This document shows positions 10,091 through 18,757 of a stretch of 64,000 bases of DNA, piece by piece (position 1 is the first letter of the stretch; every line of letters begins with the position of its first letter). The notes below the pieces were generated by a model. That model was given only the letters and a program-made list of their open reading frames with translations. It was not told where the DNA came from and ran no database searches. The position numbers and the translations under genes were made by a program. The stretch is from a candidate division WS6 bacterium GW2011_GWF2_39_15 (lineage in GTDB: Bacteria; Patescibacteriota; Dojkabacteria; SC72), in NCBI GenBank assembly GCA_000993565.1, contig LBWK01000001.1, positions 4,695-68,694 of the forward strand, given 5' to 3'.

Positions 10091-11425
10091 TTATTGACCC
10101 TGTAAAAGAGTACCCGTGTCTACATCTTTTTCTGTAGGTTCTGTAAGGATGATTTTGTCGCCGACATTATTGTAGTCTACTGCGGGTACATAATAGTGGA
10201 AATTACCAACAATCCCTGAATCAAGGGTCGCTTCACCAGAGATGATGTAAACTGGTTGTAAATATTTTTGTTCCCCTGTTGATTCATAATATCCCAGTGT
10301 TACTGTGTAGATAGTAAATTTACGAACTTTTTTAGGGGTGTATGCTACTACGTCGTCTCCATTCTTTTCATTGAGATAAACAAGACTGCCTTTACCTTGC
10401 TGAACAATGTCCAGAGCTGTTGCCGGGGGGATTAAGTTATAAGTACCGCATGGTAAAGTATCAAGAGGCCAGTATGTATATCGGGCACCATAGATCGACT
10501 TGTTTCCGGTATCCGAAGACTTGTCCTGCTTATTTATTGGCCCTATGTAGACAGTAATATTCGGCTCGTTAGGATTTTGAAATGTGACTAAGGTATCAAA
10601 GTTATATATATCAATCCTACCTTTATCTGTAAGCATTGACTCCGTGGTCGACTGGAATAACTTCTTTTCAAGATCCGTTTTCATTGTCTCAGCCCCTTCA
10701 ATGTTAGATCTAATAGATATCATCGAAGCTTTTCGATAGAAATCCACTCTAATAAGTTCTGCATCAACTTTGGATCTTGCCTGGGTTAAGCTCCCGTTTG
10801 GCAGGATATTAATATAAGTTACTTGAGGAGTCTGTTTTATATAGTCATCTTGAAGCAGGCTTTTTCCCTTTAAGTAGTTAGTAGCAATGGTTACCGCTTC
10901 GTTATCTGAGGGGAGTGTAACTCCATGTTCAATTGCGGTAGGTTTAGTAAAGTCGGTTGTTAAAGTAAAGTTAAGGTTTCTAGCCTGTACTACCAGTGTC
11001 CTATATGTCAAAGAATCAAACCAGAGGTATTCTGCTGTTCCTCTACGTTGTATTGTATCCGGATTAAATCCTAGTTTCCCGGCTAAAATCTTAGCCTCAC
11101 CTTGAGAATTGAGAGACTGTCCTACATTATTAAACTTGTGAACATTAATAATCCTTGGAAGCGAGTCAACTTTTCCTGTTACAGTCTCAATTTCAAATAC
11201 TAAATCTGATCCTGCCGCCAGGCTTAACGAGGGAATATTTAGTTTATTTGTTAGAAACTCCTCTTTTTTCTCCGTACATGCATAGTTTGCCTGGAGATAC
11301 TCTGACGGAGCATTATTTTTAGGGATACTTAAGATTATTAGTGTCCCGATAATAAATATCGCAACACCAACAATTATCACCACTCCGAATTTTCTGGTCC
11401 AGTATGCAGCCTGAGTTAATGTCAT
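10091..11425 (-). CDS. Conserved hypothetical membrane-anchored extracellular protein
   Basis: 444 aa ORF, one N-terminal TM helix, C-terminal LGYYE...YLQPVY...YVPAV. Confidence 0.75.
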   Translation of the reverse strand: MTLTQAAYWTRKFGVVIIVGVAIFIIGTLIILSIPKNNAPSEYLQANYACTEKKEEFLTNKLNIPSLSLAAGSDLVFEIETVTGKVDSLPRIINVHKFNNVGQSLNSQGEAKILAGKLGFNPDTIQRRGTAEYLWFDSLTYRTLVVQARNLNFTLTTDFTKPTAIEHGVTLPSDNEAVTIATNYLKGKSLLQDDYIKQTPQVTYINILPNGSLTQARSKVDAELIRVDFYRKASMISIRSNIEGAETMKTDLEKKLFQSTTESMLTDKGRIDIYNFDTLVTFQNPNEPNITVYIGPINKQDKSSDTGNKSIYGARYTYWPLDTLPCGTYNLIPPATALDIVQQGKGSLVYLNEKNGDDVVAYTPKKVRKFTIYTVTLGYYESTGEQKYLQPVYIISGEATLDSGIVGNFHYYVPAVDYNNVGDKIILTEPTEKDVDTGTLLQGQ

Positions 11426-11465
11426 GCTATAATCATAACAGTTGTAAACTAGATCATCAATAAAT

Positions 11466-13025
11466 ATGAATGAGTTTCGTTATAGGGCAGCTCCAAGTCC
11501 TACTGGGAAAGTGCACATTGGTACAATTAGAGCATATCTTCCCAACTATTTGCTTGCCAAAAAGTATGGTGGGAAAAACATTTTGCGTGTTGAGGATACA
11601 GATCAGACCAGATTAGTACCCAATGGTGTGGAAGCAATGATAGAGGCTTATGAAAATGTCGGAATAGAGTTTGATGAAGGTCCTCACAAACCGGGTAAAT
11701 ATGGCCCCTATGTCCAGTCAGAAAGGCTTGATATATACAAGAAATATGCCGATGAGCTTGTAGAAAAAGGTCATGCATACTACTGTTTCTGTTCAAAAGA
11801 AAGACTTGAGAAACTAAGAGAAGATCAGAAGGCAAATAAACTAAAGCCGATGTATGACGGACTTTGTAGGGATATACCTGTTGAAGAAGCCAAAAAAAAG
11901 GTTGCAAATGGTGAGAGCCATGTAATAAGAATGCGCTTTCCTAACGAAGGGGTGACAGTAAGTGAAGATATTGTATATGGAAAGGTAAGTGTGAAGAATA
12001 GTGATGTTGAGGATCAAATTCTGATGAAAGCCGATGGATTCCCAACATATCATCTTGCAGTAGTTGTCGATGATCATCTGATGGAGATCACAACCGCAAT
12101 TCGAGGAGACGACTGGCTTCCAAGCTATCCAAAGCACGTTAAACTTTATGAAATGTTTGGCTGGAAACCTCCAAAGTTTGCTCATCTTCCAATGATTCTT
12201 AATCCGGATGGCAGGAAAAAACTGAGTAAAAGGCATGGAGCTTTTCCGGTCAGCCAGATTCTTCGCAAAGGTTATCTAAAAGAAGCCATTATGAACTATG
12301 CCCTTTTATGCGGATGGGCACCGAGACCTGAAATGGCACATCAGGATGAGATCTATATGCCTGATGAGCTTATCCAGCTATTTGACCTGGATAGAGTTCA
12401 TAGGACTGCAGCCCGATACGACCAAAAGAAATTTGATTATATTAATTCCAAACATATTAGAAGGCTAAGTATTGAGGAGTTGGTGGAAAGAGTTTTCGTA
12501 TGGGCCCAAAAGTATGTATTGGGAGAGTTTATTAGCGATTCATATACAGAGCCTGCACAGTGGGAATCAAGTCTGAAAGTGATTATCAATAGGTATTTGT
12601 CTAAATGGAAGGATAATATAGACCTATTCAAAAAGGCTCTATTATTAGAACAGGACCGTATTGTTACTCTTTCCGATATTCCTTATGCATTGGACTTTTT
12701 CTATGAAGACGAAGTGAGCTGGGAAGAGAGTGATTGGAACACCAAAAACCATGATAAAAAGGAATTGGCTAGTGCTTTGGAAAACATACTTCCCAAGCTA
12801 GAAGAGATATTTAAGGAGGATAATTTCGATCATGATGAATGGGAAAAAGTTGTTAGAGGGCATGCAGATGAACTAGGTTGGAAGCATGGGGATCTGTTTT
12901 TAGCAATTAGATCGGCAACAACTGGCAGACTCCAAAGTCCTCCGTTGCTTGAATGTTATGAGATTATGGGATGGGAAAAAGTAAAAGTATTTATATTGCA
13001 AGCCATTAACTGGTTAAGGCTATAA
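11466..13025 (+). CDS. gltX: Glutamate--tRNA ligase
   Basis: APSPTG.HIG, RVEDTD, YYCFCS, PTYHLA, KLSKR. Confidence 0.98.
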   Translation: MNEFRYRAAPSPTGKVHIGTIRAYLPNYLLAKKYGGKNILRVEDTDQTRLVPNGVEAMIEAYENVGIEFDEGPHKPGKYGPYVQSERLDIYKKYADELVEKGHAYYCFCSKERLEKLREDQKANKLKPMYDGLCRDIPVEEAKKKVANGESHVIRMRFPNEGVTVSEDIVYGKVSVKNSDVEDQILMKADGFPTYHLAVVVDDHLMEITTAIRGDDWLPSYPKHVKLYEMFGWKPPKFAHLPMILNPDGRKKLSKRHGAFPVSQILRKGYLKEAIMNYALLCGWAPRPEMAHQDEIYMPDELIQLFDLDRVHRTAARYDQKKFDYINSKHIRRLSIEELVERVFVWAQKYVLGEFISDSYTEPAQWESSLKVIINRYLSKWKDNIDLFKKALLLEQDRIVTLSDIPYALDFFYEDEVSWEESDWNTKNHDKKELASALENILPKLEEIFKEDNFDHDEWEKVVRGHADELGWKHGDLFLAIRSATTGRLQSPPLLECYEIMGWEKVKVFILQAINWLRL

Positions 13026-13027
13026 AA

Positions 13028-13372
13028 ATGAATTATCCGTGGTATTTGAAAATCCTTACTGTTTTAATAGTTACCGTATTTGTAGTCATTGGCGATGTGT
13101 TGCTTAAAAACTCTATTTCTGCTGTAGGGACAAAGAAAGTTCTATATATTCTTGGTGGTATTATTATCTATATTATTAGTGCTTTCGGTTTTCAGAGGAT
13201 GTACAAGGTAATGGAGTTTTCAAACTCAGGAGTTATTTATGCAGTGATTTCTGTTGTCCTCTTTACTGCAATCGGTTTGTTCTTGTACCACGAGAAAGTT
13301 ACACCATATGAAGTACTTGGTATTGTATTAGCCTTAATCTCTGTTTACCTCATGTCTAGATTCGCAAATTAG
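13028..13372 (+). CDS. Small 4-TM SMR/EamA-like transporter
   Basis: 114 aa, four hydrophobic segments, GLFLYHEKVT..LGIVL. Confidence 0.75.
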   Translation: MNYPWYLKILTVLIVTVFVVIGDVLLKNSISAVGTKKVLYILGGIIIYIISAFGFQRMYKVMEFSNSGVIYAVISVVLFTAIGLFLYHEKVTPYEVLGIVLALISVYLMSRFAN

Positions 13373-13401
13373 CGGCAGATTTTGTATAATCCCTATGTTA
13401 T

Positions 13402-13475
13402 TGCCGGATCGTCTAAAGGTAGGACGACTGCCTCTGGAGCAGTTAATCTTGGTTCGAGTCCAGGTCCGGCAACCA
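13402..13475 (+). tRNA. tRNA-Gln (CTG), CCA encoded
   Basis: Acceptor TGCCGGA/TCCGGCA, anticodon arm ACTGC-CTCTGGA-GCAGT, T-loop GTTCGAG. Confidence 0.97.
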
Positions 13476-13479
13476 GCTT

Positions 13480-15828
13480 TTATTCCGCAACAGCCTGTAC
13501 GACAACATCCGCATTTTGCTGTGTTCCGCATGTTGTTGAGGTTGGGGTTGTAAGTCTGAGATCAAACGTTTTTGTCCCAGTTTGTGCGATTCCAGTTCCT
13601 AATGTCTGATATGAGGTTGTGAGTGCTGTCCAGTTTGCCCCCGCGTTAGTAGAAAATTCATGCTTATACTGATCCGTTCCTGTTGTACCCGCTAGTGTCC
13701 ATGGACAGCTGGTGTTTTGCCCTTTAATATTAGCCGTTACATTAACATTCCCAGCGTTAGTAACCGTTTGGGTATCATTTAAATCTCCTGCGGTGGTATT
13801 TTTCGAAGCATTGGCTGAGAGTAGTCCGTAGGCGACGATTCCGTCACTTACAGTTATTGATACTACAATACTTTTTACCCAAACTGCATATTGATACGCA
13901 AAAGTATTTTCGTTTGCCGCGACCTGATTTCCAACGCTGAAACCGGTTGTTAAGATAGATGTTATAGCTCCCGTCTCGGTTGGAGCGTTTCTAAACGGTT
14001 GTGCTGCATCTCCGCTTTGAGCACTTGTTCTGAGTATTGCACCCCGTGCTGTTCCGCCGGTTTCTTTCTTAACCCATATGAAGTCAGGTTGCCATGTTGA
14101 GCTTGTCACATTTTGAGAAGTACCATTCCCAGTATAATTTCCGACAGCAAATTTGTTTCCTGTTTTAAACATGAAATAGAAGAATGTTCTGCCGGCAAAG
14201 TTCACTATACTATTTGTTCCCCTTTGAAACCCATCGGAATTGATTTGCTGTATATAATCGGCACCGGCCGTTAGAGCATTAAAAAAGATCGAGGAATCCC
14301 CAGTTATATTTGAAGTCCTCCAAGCTCCTACATTCCCCCCGTTTCCCTTAACAGCAACCAGATTGGGCTGAATAGGAAGACGGTATATATCACGATTATC
14401 AGTACCATCTCCAATATATGAACCTATTAAAAAGTCGGATGAGCCCCCAGACTTATCTGGTTTCATTGCATTACCAAATGCAGTCCAATAGTAGGTGTCT
14501 CCGGAGGTATTAACTGTTGCATGAGTGCCTACAGTAAAACCGTCAGAGTTTAGTGATGTAATCGCGCCGGCAAAGTTTGAAGCACCGTTGGCAAAGTATC
14601 CGGTAGCATCGCCGATCATTAATGATGTTTTAAAGACAGCATCCTGGTCTGTGGTTTGATCGTTGTGTTTTATAATTACAAGATCAGGTTTATAGCTAAG
14701 AGATGTTACAGAGAGCGATGATCCTGTCCCGGTATATGATCCGTTGTCCATGAGGAAGGTTCCTGTCCCAGCCGTCTTTGTTGATGCTCCACCGAAGGCT
14801 GCGTAGTAATAGGTTGATGCGTTAATATTAGTCTCGTTTGAAGTCCCTATTTGAAATCCTCCTGTGGAAAGTAGCTGCTGTATGTTATTTGGTGCACTAC
14901 CTGTGTCTGTTGAGAAAAAAGATCTGTCGCCATAGTGTTCTGAGATACTATGTACAGCTTGTCTGTTTGTTGTATTTGTTTTGTTTTTCACAAATACATA
15001 GTTTGGTCTGAATGTAAGGCCGGAGTCTATAGAGGTATCTATATCTCGATTATCCGTAGCATTCCCTGTATATGTTCCCACATCCATGGCACCTGAGACT
15101 TCTTTAAAAGCTATAAACCAGAAATTTATACTGTTTTCATTAACTACATTGTTATTTCCCACAGTAAATCCTGATGCATCTAGAGTTTGAATTCTCTGCC
15201 CAGTGCTATCCTCGTTATTGAGCCCGAAGAAATTAGAAGTATTGGTGCCCATAGGGGTAGATTTCCACATCGCAAGACTTGTATTGGAAGATTTAACTAT
15301 GGCAAGATCAGGCTGAAAGCCTGTATTTACAGATTGAGACGTCCCATTCCCAGTATAACTTCCAACACAAAATGTCCCTGACGACGTACAGTCGGAACCT
15401 CCGAATGCAATCCAGAAATACATCACCGCAGAAGTATTTACATCTGCATTTGTCCCAATTGTAAATCCATCGCTGTCAATCGATTGTATTGTATCAGAAG
15501 TTATATCTACATCCTGATCTGCTAACCTTGCCGTTGTTTCCCCTGACATGGCAGAAGTCTTAAACAGTGTTCCATCTACGCCTGCATTGGAGTCATCTTT
15601 AATGAGTATGAGGTCAGGTTGAAAGCCAAGTCCTGTGATAGTTCGGTTATCCGTTCCATCGCCCAAATAGTAACCAGTTTGTATTGAAAAGGTTGCTGCC
15701 TGAACATCCTGCTCAAAGTAGGGGAGAGAGTGTGAAATAATAAAGTATAAAAAATACGTGGTACTTAAAGCCGTAGCAAAATAGGATAAGAGAGTTGCTA
15801 AACTTTTCGATAAAGGACGGTGTGTCAT
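13480..15828 (-). CDS. Large secreted protein with six G-x-Y-x-G-x-G/F-x-P-D repeats and a C-terminal pilin-like domain (putative fibre tip adhesin)
   Basis: N-terminal hydrophobic signal; repeats visible in translation; last ~125 aa align by eye with 15969..16478. Confidence 0.8.
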   Translation of the reverse strand: MTHRPLSKSLATLLSYFATALSTTYFLYFIISHSLPYFEQDVQAATFSIQTGYYLGDGTDNRTITGLGFQPDLILIKDDSNAGVDGTLFKTSAMSGETTARLADQDVDITSDTIQSIDSDGFTIGTNADVNTSAVMYFWIAFGGSDCTSSGTFCVGSYTGNGTSQSVNTGFQPDLAIVKSSNTSLAMWKSTPMGTNTSNFFGLNNEDSTGQRIQTLDASGFTVGNNNVVNENSINFWFIAFKEVSGAMDVGTYTGNATDNRDIDTSIDSGLTFRPNYVFVKNKTNTTNRQAVHSISEHYGDRSFFSTDTGSAPNNIQQLLSTGGFQIGTSNETNINASTYYYAAFGGASTKTAGTGTFLMDNGSYTGTGSSLSVTSLSYKPDLVIIKHNDQTTDQDAVFKTSLMIGDATGYFANGASNFAGAITSLNSDGFTVGTHATVNTSGDTYYWTAFGNAMKPDKSGGSSDFLIGSYIGDGTDNRDIYRLPIQPNLVAVKGNGGNVGAWRTSNITGDSSIFFNALTAGADYIQQINSDGFQRGTNSIVNFAGRTFFYFMFKTGNKFAVGNYTGNGTSQNVTSSTWQPDFIWVKKETGGTARGAILRTSAQSGDAAQPFRNAPTETGAITSILTTGFSVGNQVAANENTFAYQYAVWVKSIVVSITVSDGIVAYGLLSANASKNTTAGDLNDTQTVTNAGNVNVTANIKGQNTSCPWTLAGTTGTDQYKHEFSTNAGANWTALTTSYQTLGTGIAQTGTKTFDLRLTTPTSTTCGTQQNADVVVQAVAE

Positions 15829-15907
15829 TTCTACTTCATTGTACTCAGGTATTATTGTATTTGTCTATTCCAATATACAAATATAGACTACAGGATGGGG
15901 CGTATTG

Positions 15908-15936
15908 TTGACATACTACAGAGGCTCATGTAATGT
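15908..15936 (+). promoter_or_regulatory. sigma70 promoter of 15969..18723 operon
   Basis: TTGACA-N17-TAATGT. Confidence 0.6.
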
Positions 15937-15968
15937 TTATTAATATTTAATCTTTTGAATATTCTACT

Positions 15969-16478
15969 ATGGGAATAGGTAAAGTACTCACTATTGTAGG
16001 GGTAACTTCATTTGGTTTTCTATTTGGGTTTAAAGTGTTAGCAGCAGATACTGCCACTGTGGCAGCTACTGTAACAGTGCAAAATATCTCCGTTACTGTA
16101 TCAGATGGTACGGTTGCCTATGGTACCCTTGCTGTGAATACAACAAAGTCGACCATTGCAGCGGATTTAAATGATCTCCAAACTGCAACCAATAATGGGA
16201 ATATCACTGAAGATTTTAATATCAGAGGGCAGAACAGCACAGCTTGGACACTTGGAGCCACAGCTGCTGCCGACCAGTATATACATAGGTTCTGTACTGC
16301 CACCTGTGGAACACCTCCTACCAACTACACTGCATTAACAACTTCTTATCAAACGCTGGGGACTGCTGTTGCAACCAGTGGAACGAAAACCTTTGATTTG
16401 CAGATTAATACGCCTACATCATCTTCTTCATTTGCATCACAAGCTGTTGATGTGATTGTACAAGCAGTAGCGAACTAG
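15969..16478 (+). CDS. Secreted Thr/Ala-rich beta protein, putative major fibre subunit
   Basis: Signal peptide ending VLA; N-terminal alternating strand TATVAATVTV; C-terminal strand VDVIVQAVAN. Confidence 0.75.
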   Translation: MGIGKVLTIVGVTSFGFLFGFKVLAADTATVAATVTVQNISVTVSDGTVAYGTLAVNTTKSTIAADLNDLQTATNNGNITEDFNIRGQNSTAWTLGATAAADQYIHRFCTATCGTPPTNYTALTTSYQTLGTAVATSGTKTFDLQINTPTSSSSFASQAVDVIVQAVAN

Positions 16479-16493
16479 TTTAAAAATAGGAAT

Positions 16494-17108
16494 ATGCAAA
16501 AATACATAAAACTTCTGCTTGTAACTGTAATTCTCCTGAGCATTACAAGCCCGGTCCTTGCAAGTATTGGAGTAGGGGTAGGGACAGGAAAGATAATAGT
16601 CGATGATAAGTTGAAACCGGGTCAGATTTATAGGCTTCCCAGCATTACAGTGCTAAATACCGGGGACGAGGAGGCTGAATATGGGCTGAGTATTGCCTAT
16701 CACGAAAAGCAGCCGGAAAGAAAACCTGCTATGGTATGGTTCAGATTTGACCCTGAAAGGTTTCCACTTAAACCTGGAGAATCTAAAGTAGTATCAATCA
16801 TTCTCGATCTGCCTGTTAATACTAAGCCGGGTGATTATTTCGCATATGTAGAAGCCTCCCCCAAAAAGAAGGCAGTGCAGGGTAATGGTGCTTCTATCGG
16901 GGTAGCAGCTGCTTCAAAATTGTACTTTACAGTAGTACCCGCAAATTTCATCGCGGGTGTATATTATAAACTTCTGTCTTTATGGCAGTTGTATATGCCA
17001 TGGTCCGAGAGGGTCGCTTTTACATTAGCCGTTATTGTTTTGTTTCTGGTTTTTAGAAAGTATTTCAAAATTGAACTTAAGTCCAAAAAATCAAATGTTT
17101 CAAGATAA
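16494..17108 (+). CDS. Membrane-anchored PapD/DUF916-like Ig-fold protein (putative chaperone)
   Basis: Signal peptide; VLNTGD, LKPGESK, PGDY; C-terminal TM and basic tail. Confidence 0.65.
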   Translation: MQKYIKLLLVTVILLSITSPVLASIGVGVGTGKIIVDDKLKPGQIYRLPSITVLNTGDEEAEYGLSIAYHEKQPERKPAMVWFRFDPERFPLKPGESKVVSIILDLPVNTKPGDYFAYVEASPKKKAVQGNGASIGVAAASKLYFTVVPANFIAGVYYKLLSLWQLYMPWSERVAFTLAVIVLFLVFRKYFKIELKSKKSNVSR

Positions 17109-17113
17109 AATGA

Positions 17114-17659
17114 ATGGTTTGGAACTTAGAAAAACAACTTAAAACTGTTTTTTTGGGACTCGGAGTCCTAACCATTGCACTAGCTTCTCTTCCGGTGGTA
17201 AAAACATACGCAGCCCAATCTGATTCTGTTGGTGCAACGGTTAGAATTAGTGTCTGCGGTGATGGAGTAGTTGAATATCCTGAAGAGTGTGAGATACTGC
17301 AAGATGTTGTTAAGTCATGCACGGATTTCGGGTTTAGCTCGGGGAGTGTAAGATGTGATAATAGCTGTGAGTTTGATGTATTGAACTGCTTTACAACTAC
17401 TGTGCCAAACCTGCGACCCGGAGCTGGATTTACACCTTTTTCAACCTCATCATTGCCTAGTTTTCTTATCCCTTTTGATATAAATGGAGATGATGTCATC
17501 AAAGATCAGGAGTTTCTGACACTAATAACGAAATGGGTTGCCGGTTGGAAAATATTTATATTTGACTATACTCCTAGTACAGCTACATCATGTGATCTAG
17601 ATGGGAACCGGGTATGTGATTTAGTAGACTTATCAATATTACTATACTACTCAAAATAA
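17114..17659 (+). CDS. Secreted protein with Cys-rich CGDG..EECE repeat and C-terminal dockerin-like domain
   Basis: CGDGVVEYPEECE; two Ca-loop motifs DINGDDVI and DLDGNRVCDLVDLSILL. Confidence 0.75.
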   Translation: MVWNLEKQLKTVFLGLGVLTIALASLPVVKTYAAQSDSVGATVRISVCGDGVVEYPEECEILQDVVKSCTDFGFSSGSVRCDNSCEFDVLNCFTTTVPNLRPGAGFTPFSTSSLPSFLIPFDINGDDVIKDQEFLTLITKWVAGWKIFIFDYTPSTATSCDLDGNRVCDLVDLSILLYYSK

Positions 17660-18723
17660 TGAATGAACTGATAAAATTGAATCCATTGCTGATATTGGTT
17701 AAAGTCCTTTTGTATGTTATCTCATGCTGGGTTTTTATACACTTCTTTGCAATACTCGGAGTCTTTATTCTCGTTGCTTATCCTGTCTGGTGGATGTTTT
17801 TCCCAAAGCAGTCAATATGTTTCTCCTGTAGTACAAGAAAGGATGGAGACTACTGCCCGCTTTGCAAAGATACTGTAGATAGAAAAAATGGAGTAATGCC
17901 TAAATCTTCCCGATCCGTTGCTCTAAACTCCGTGAATGTATTGTTAGTTACTATAATTTCTCTTTCACTTGTATATTTGGAGCACACTTTGCTTGATAGA
18001 TTGGGCTTTTTTGTCGTTGAAACTGATAAAACGGTTTCGTTTGTGATCCCTTCAAAAGGCCAGTACAGGTTAGGGGAAATATTTCCTTTGAAGATAGAGA
18101 TATCTGGAGTTAAGGTTCCCGTAAATGTTGTACAGGCGGATTTAGGGTTTGATTTTGAGAAATTGGAGGTAGTGGAAGTTTCAATACAGGAGTCTTTTGC
18201 AAAGGTCTTTTTACAGAAAGAGATTAATAATGATATCGGATATGTGAGGCTGACGGGAGGTCTCCCAAATCCGGGATTGACTCAGAATAGGGGTATATTA
18301 GGGACAGTATACTTTAAAACTCGGGTAGCAGGACTTGCTCAAGTAAAGTTTCTTCCTACGTCACTTGTTCTTGCCAATGACGGACGGGGAACTAATGTAA
18401 TCAAGGAGTTTCCCGAAATCTCATATTTGGTGTTGCCTGAGAGAATATCTGTTGAGGAGGAAAAGTTACAGGAAGGGCTCATAAAGAAAGATGTTTTAGG
18501 AGCGACAGAAGAGGACGACAAGCTAGTTTTTTTTGATAATAGTTCGAGTGTTCTTGGAGCAAAGGATGAAACAGTAACAAGCGAAAGAACATTACAGGAA
18601 CACTTCAAAGATCATGGGGTCTTCGGCGTAATTTTCTACTACTTGGAGAGATTAGACCATCTTGTTTTAAAGATATATGTAGATGTTTTAGAGAAGCTAA
18701 AAATAAACATTCCGCTTCCTTAG
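17659..18723 (+). CDS. Membrane protein with Cys cluster and extracellular cohesin-like domain
   Basis: TM helices, CFSC...CPLC, then GEIFPLKIEI...VNVVQADLGFD...LEVV...LGTVYFK...ANDG. Confidence 0.75.
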   Translation: MNELIKLNPLLILVKVLLYVISCWVFIHFFAILGVFILVAYPVWWMFFPKQSICFSCSTRKDGDYCPLCKDTVDRKNGVMPKSSRSVALNSVNVLLVTIISLSLVYLEHTLLDRLGFFVVETDKTVSFVIPSKGQYRLGEIFPLKIEISGVKVPVNVVQADLGFDFEKLEVVEVSIQESFAKVFLQKEINNDIGYVRLTGGLPNPGLTQNRGILGTVYFKTRVAGLAQVKFLPTSLVLANDGRGTNVIKEFPEISYLVLPERISVEEEKLQEGLIKKDVLGATEEDDKLVFFDNSSSVLGAKDETVTSERTLQEHFKDHGVFGVIFYYLERLDHLVLKIYVDVLEKLKINIPLP

Positions 18724-18757
18724 CTTTTTTAGGTGTTTTTCTGCTATAATTAACGTC

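Noticed and set aside
13334-13609. Short ORFs 13334..13531 and 13382..13609
   Set aside because: They overlap tRNA-Gln and the 782 aa gene
13480-15828. Prophage remnant inserted at tRNA-Gln
   Set aside because: No integrase, capsid, terminase or att duplication; the protein has a signal peptide and a cellular paralogue next door
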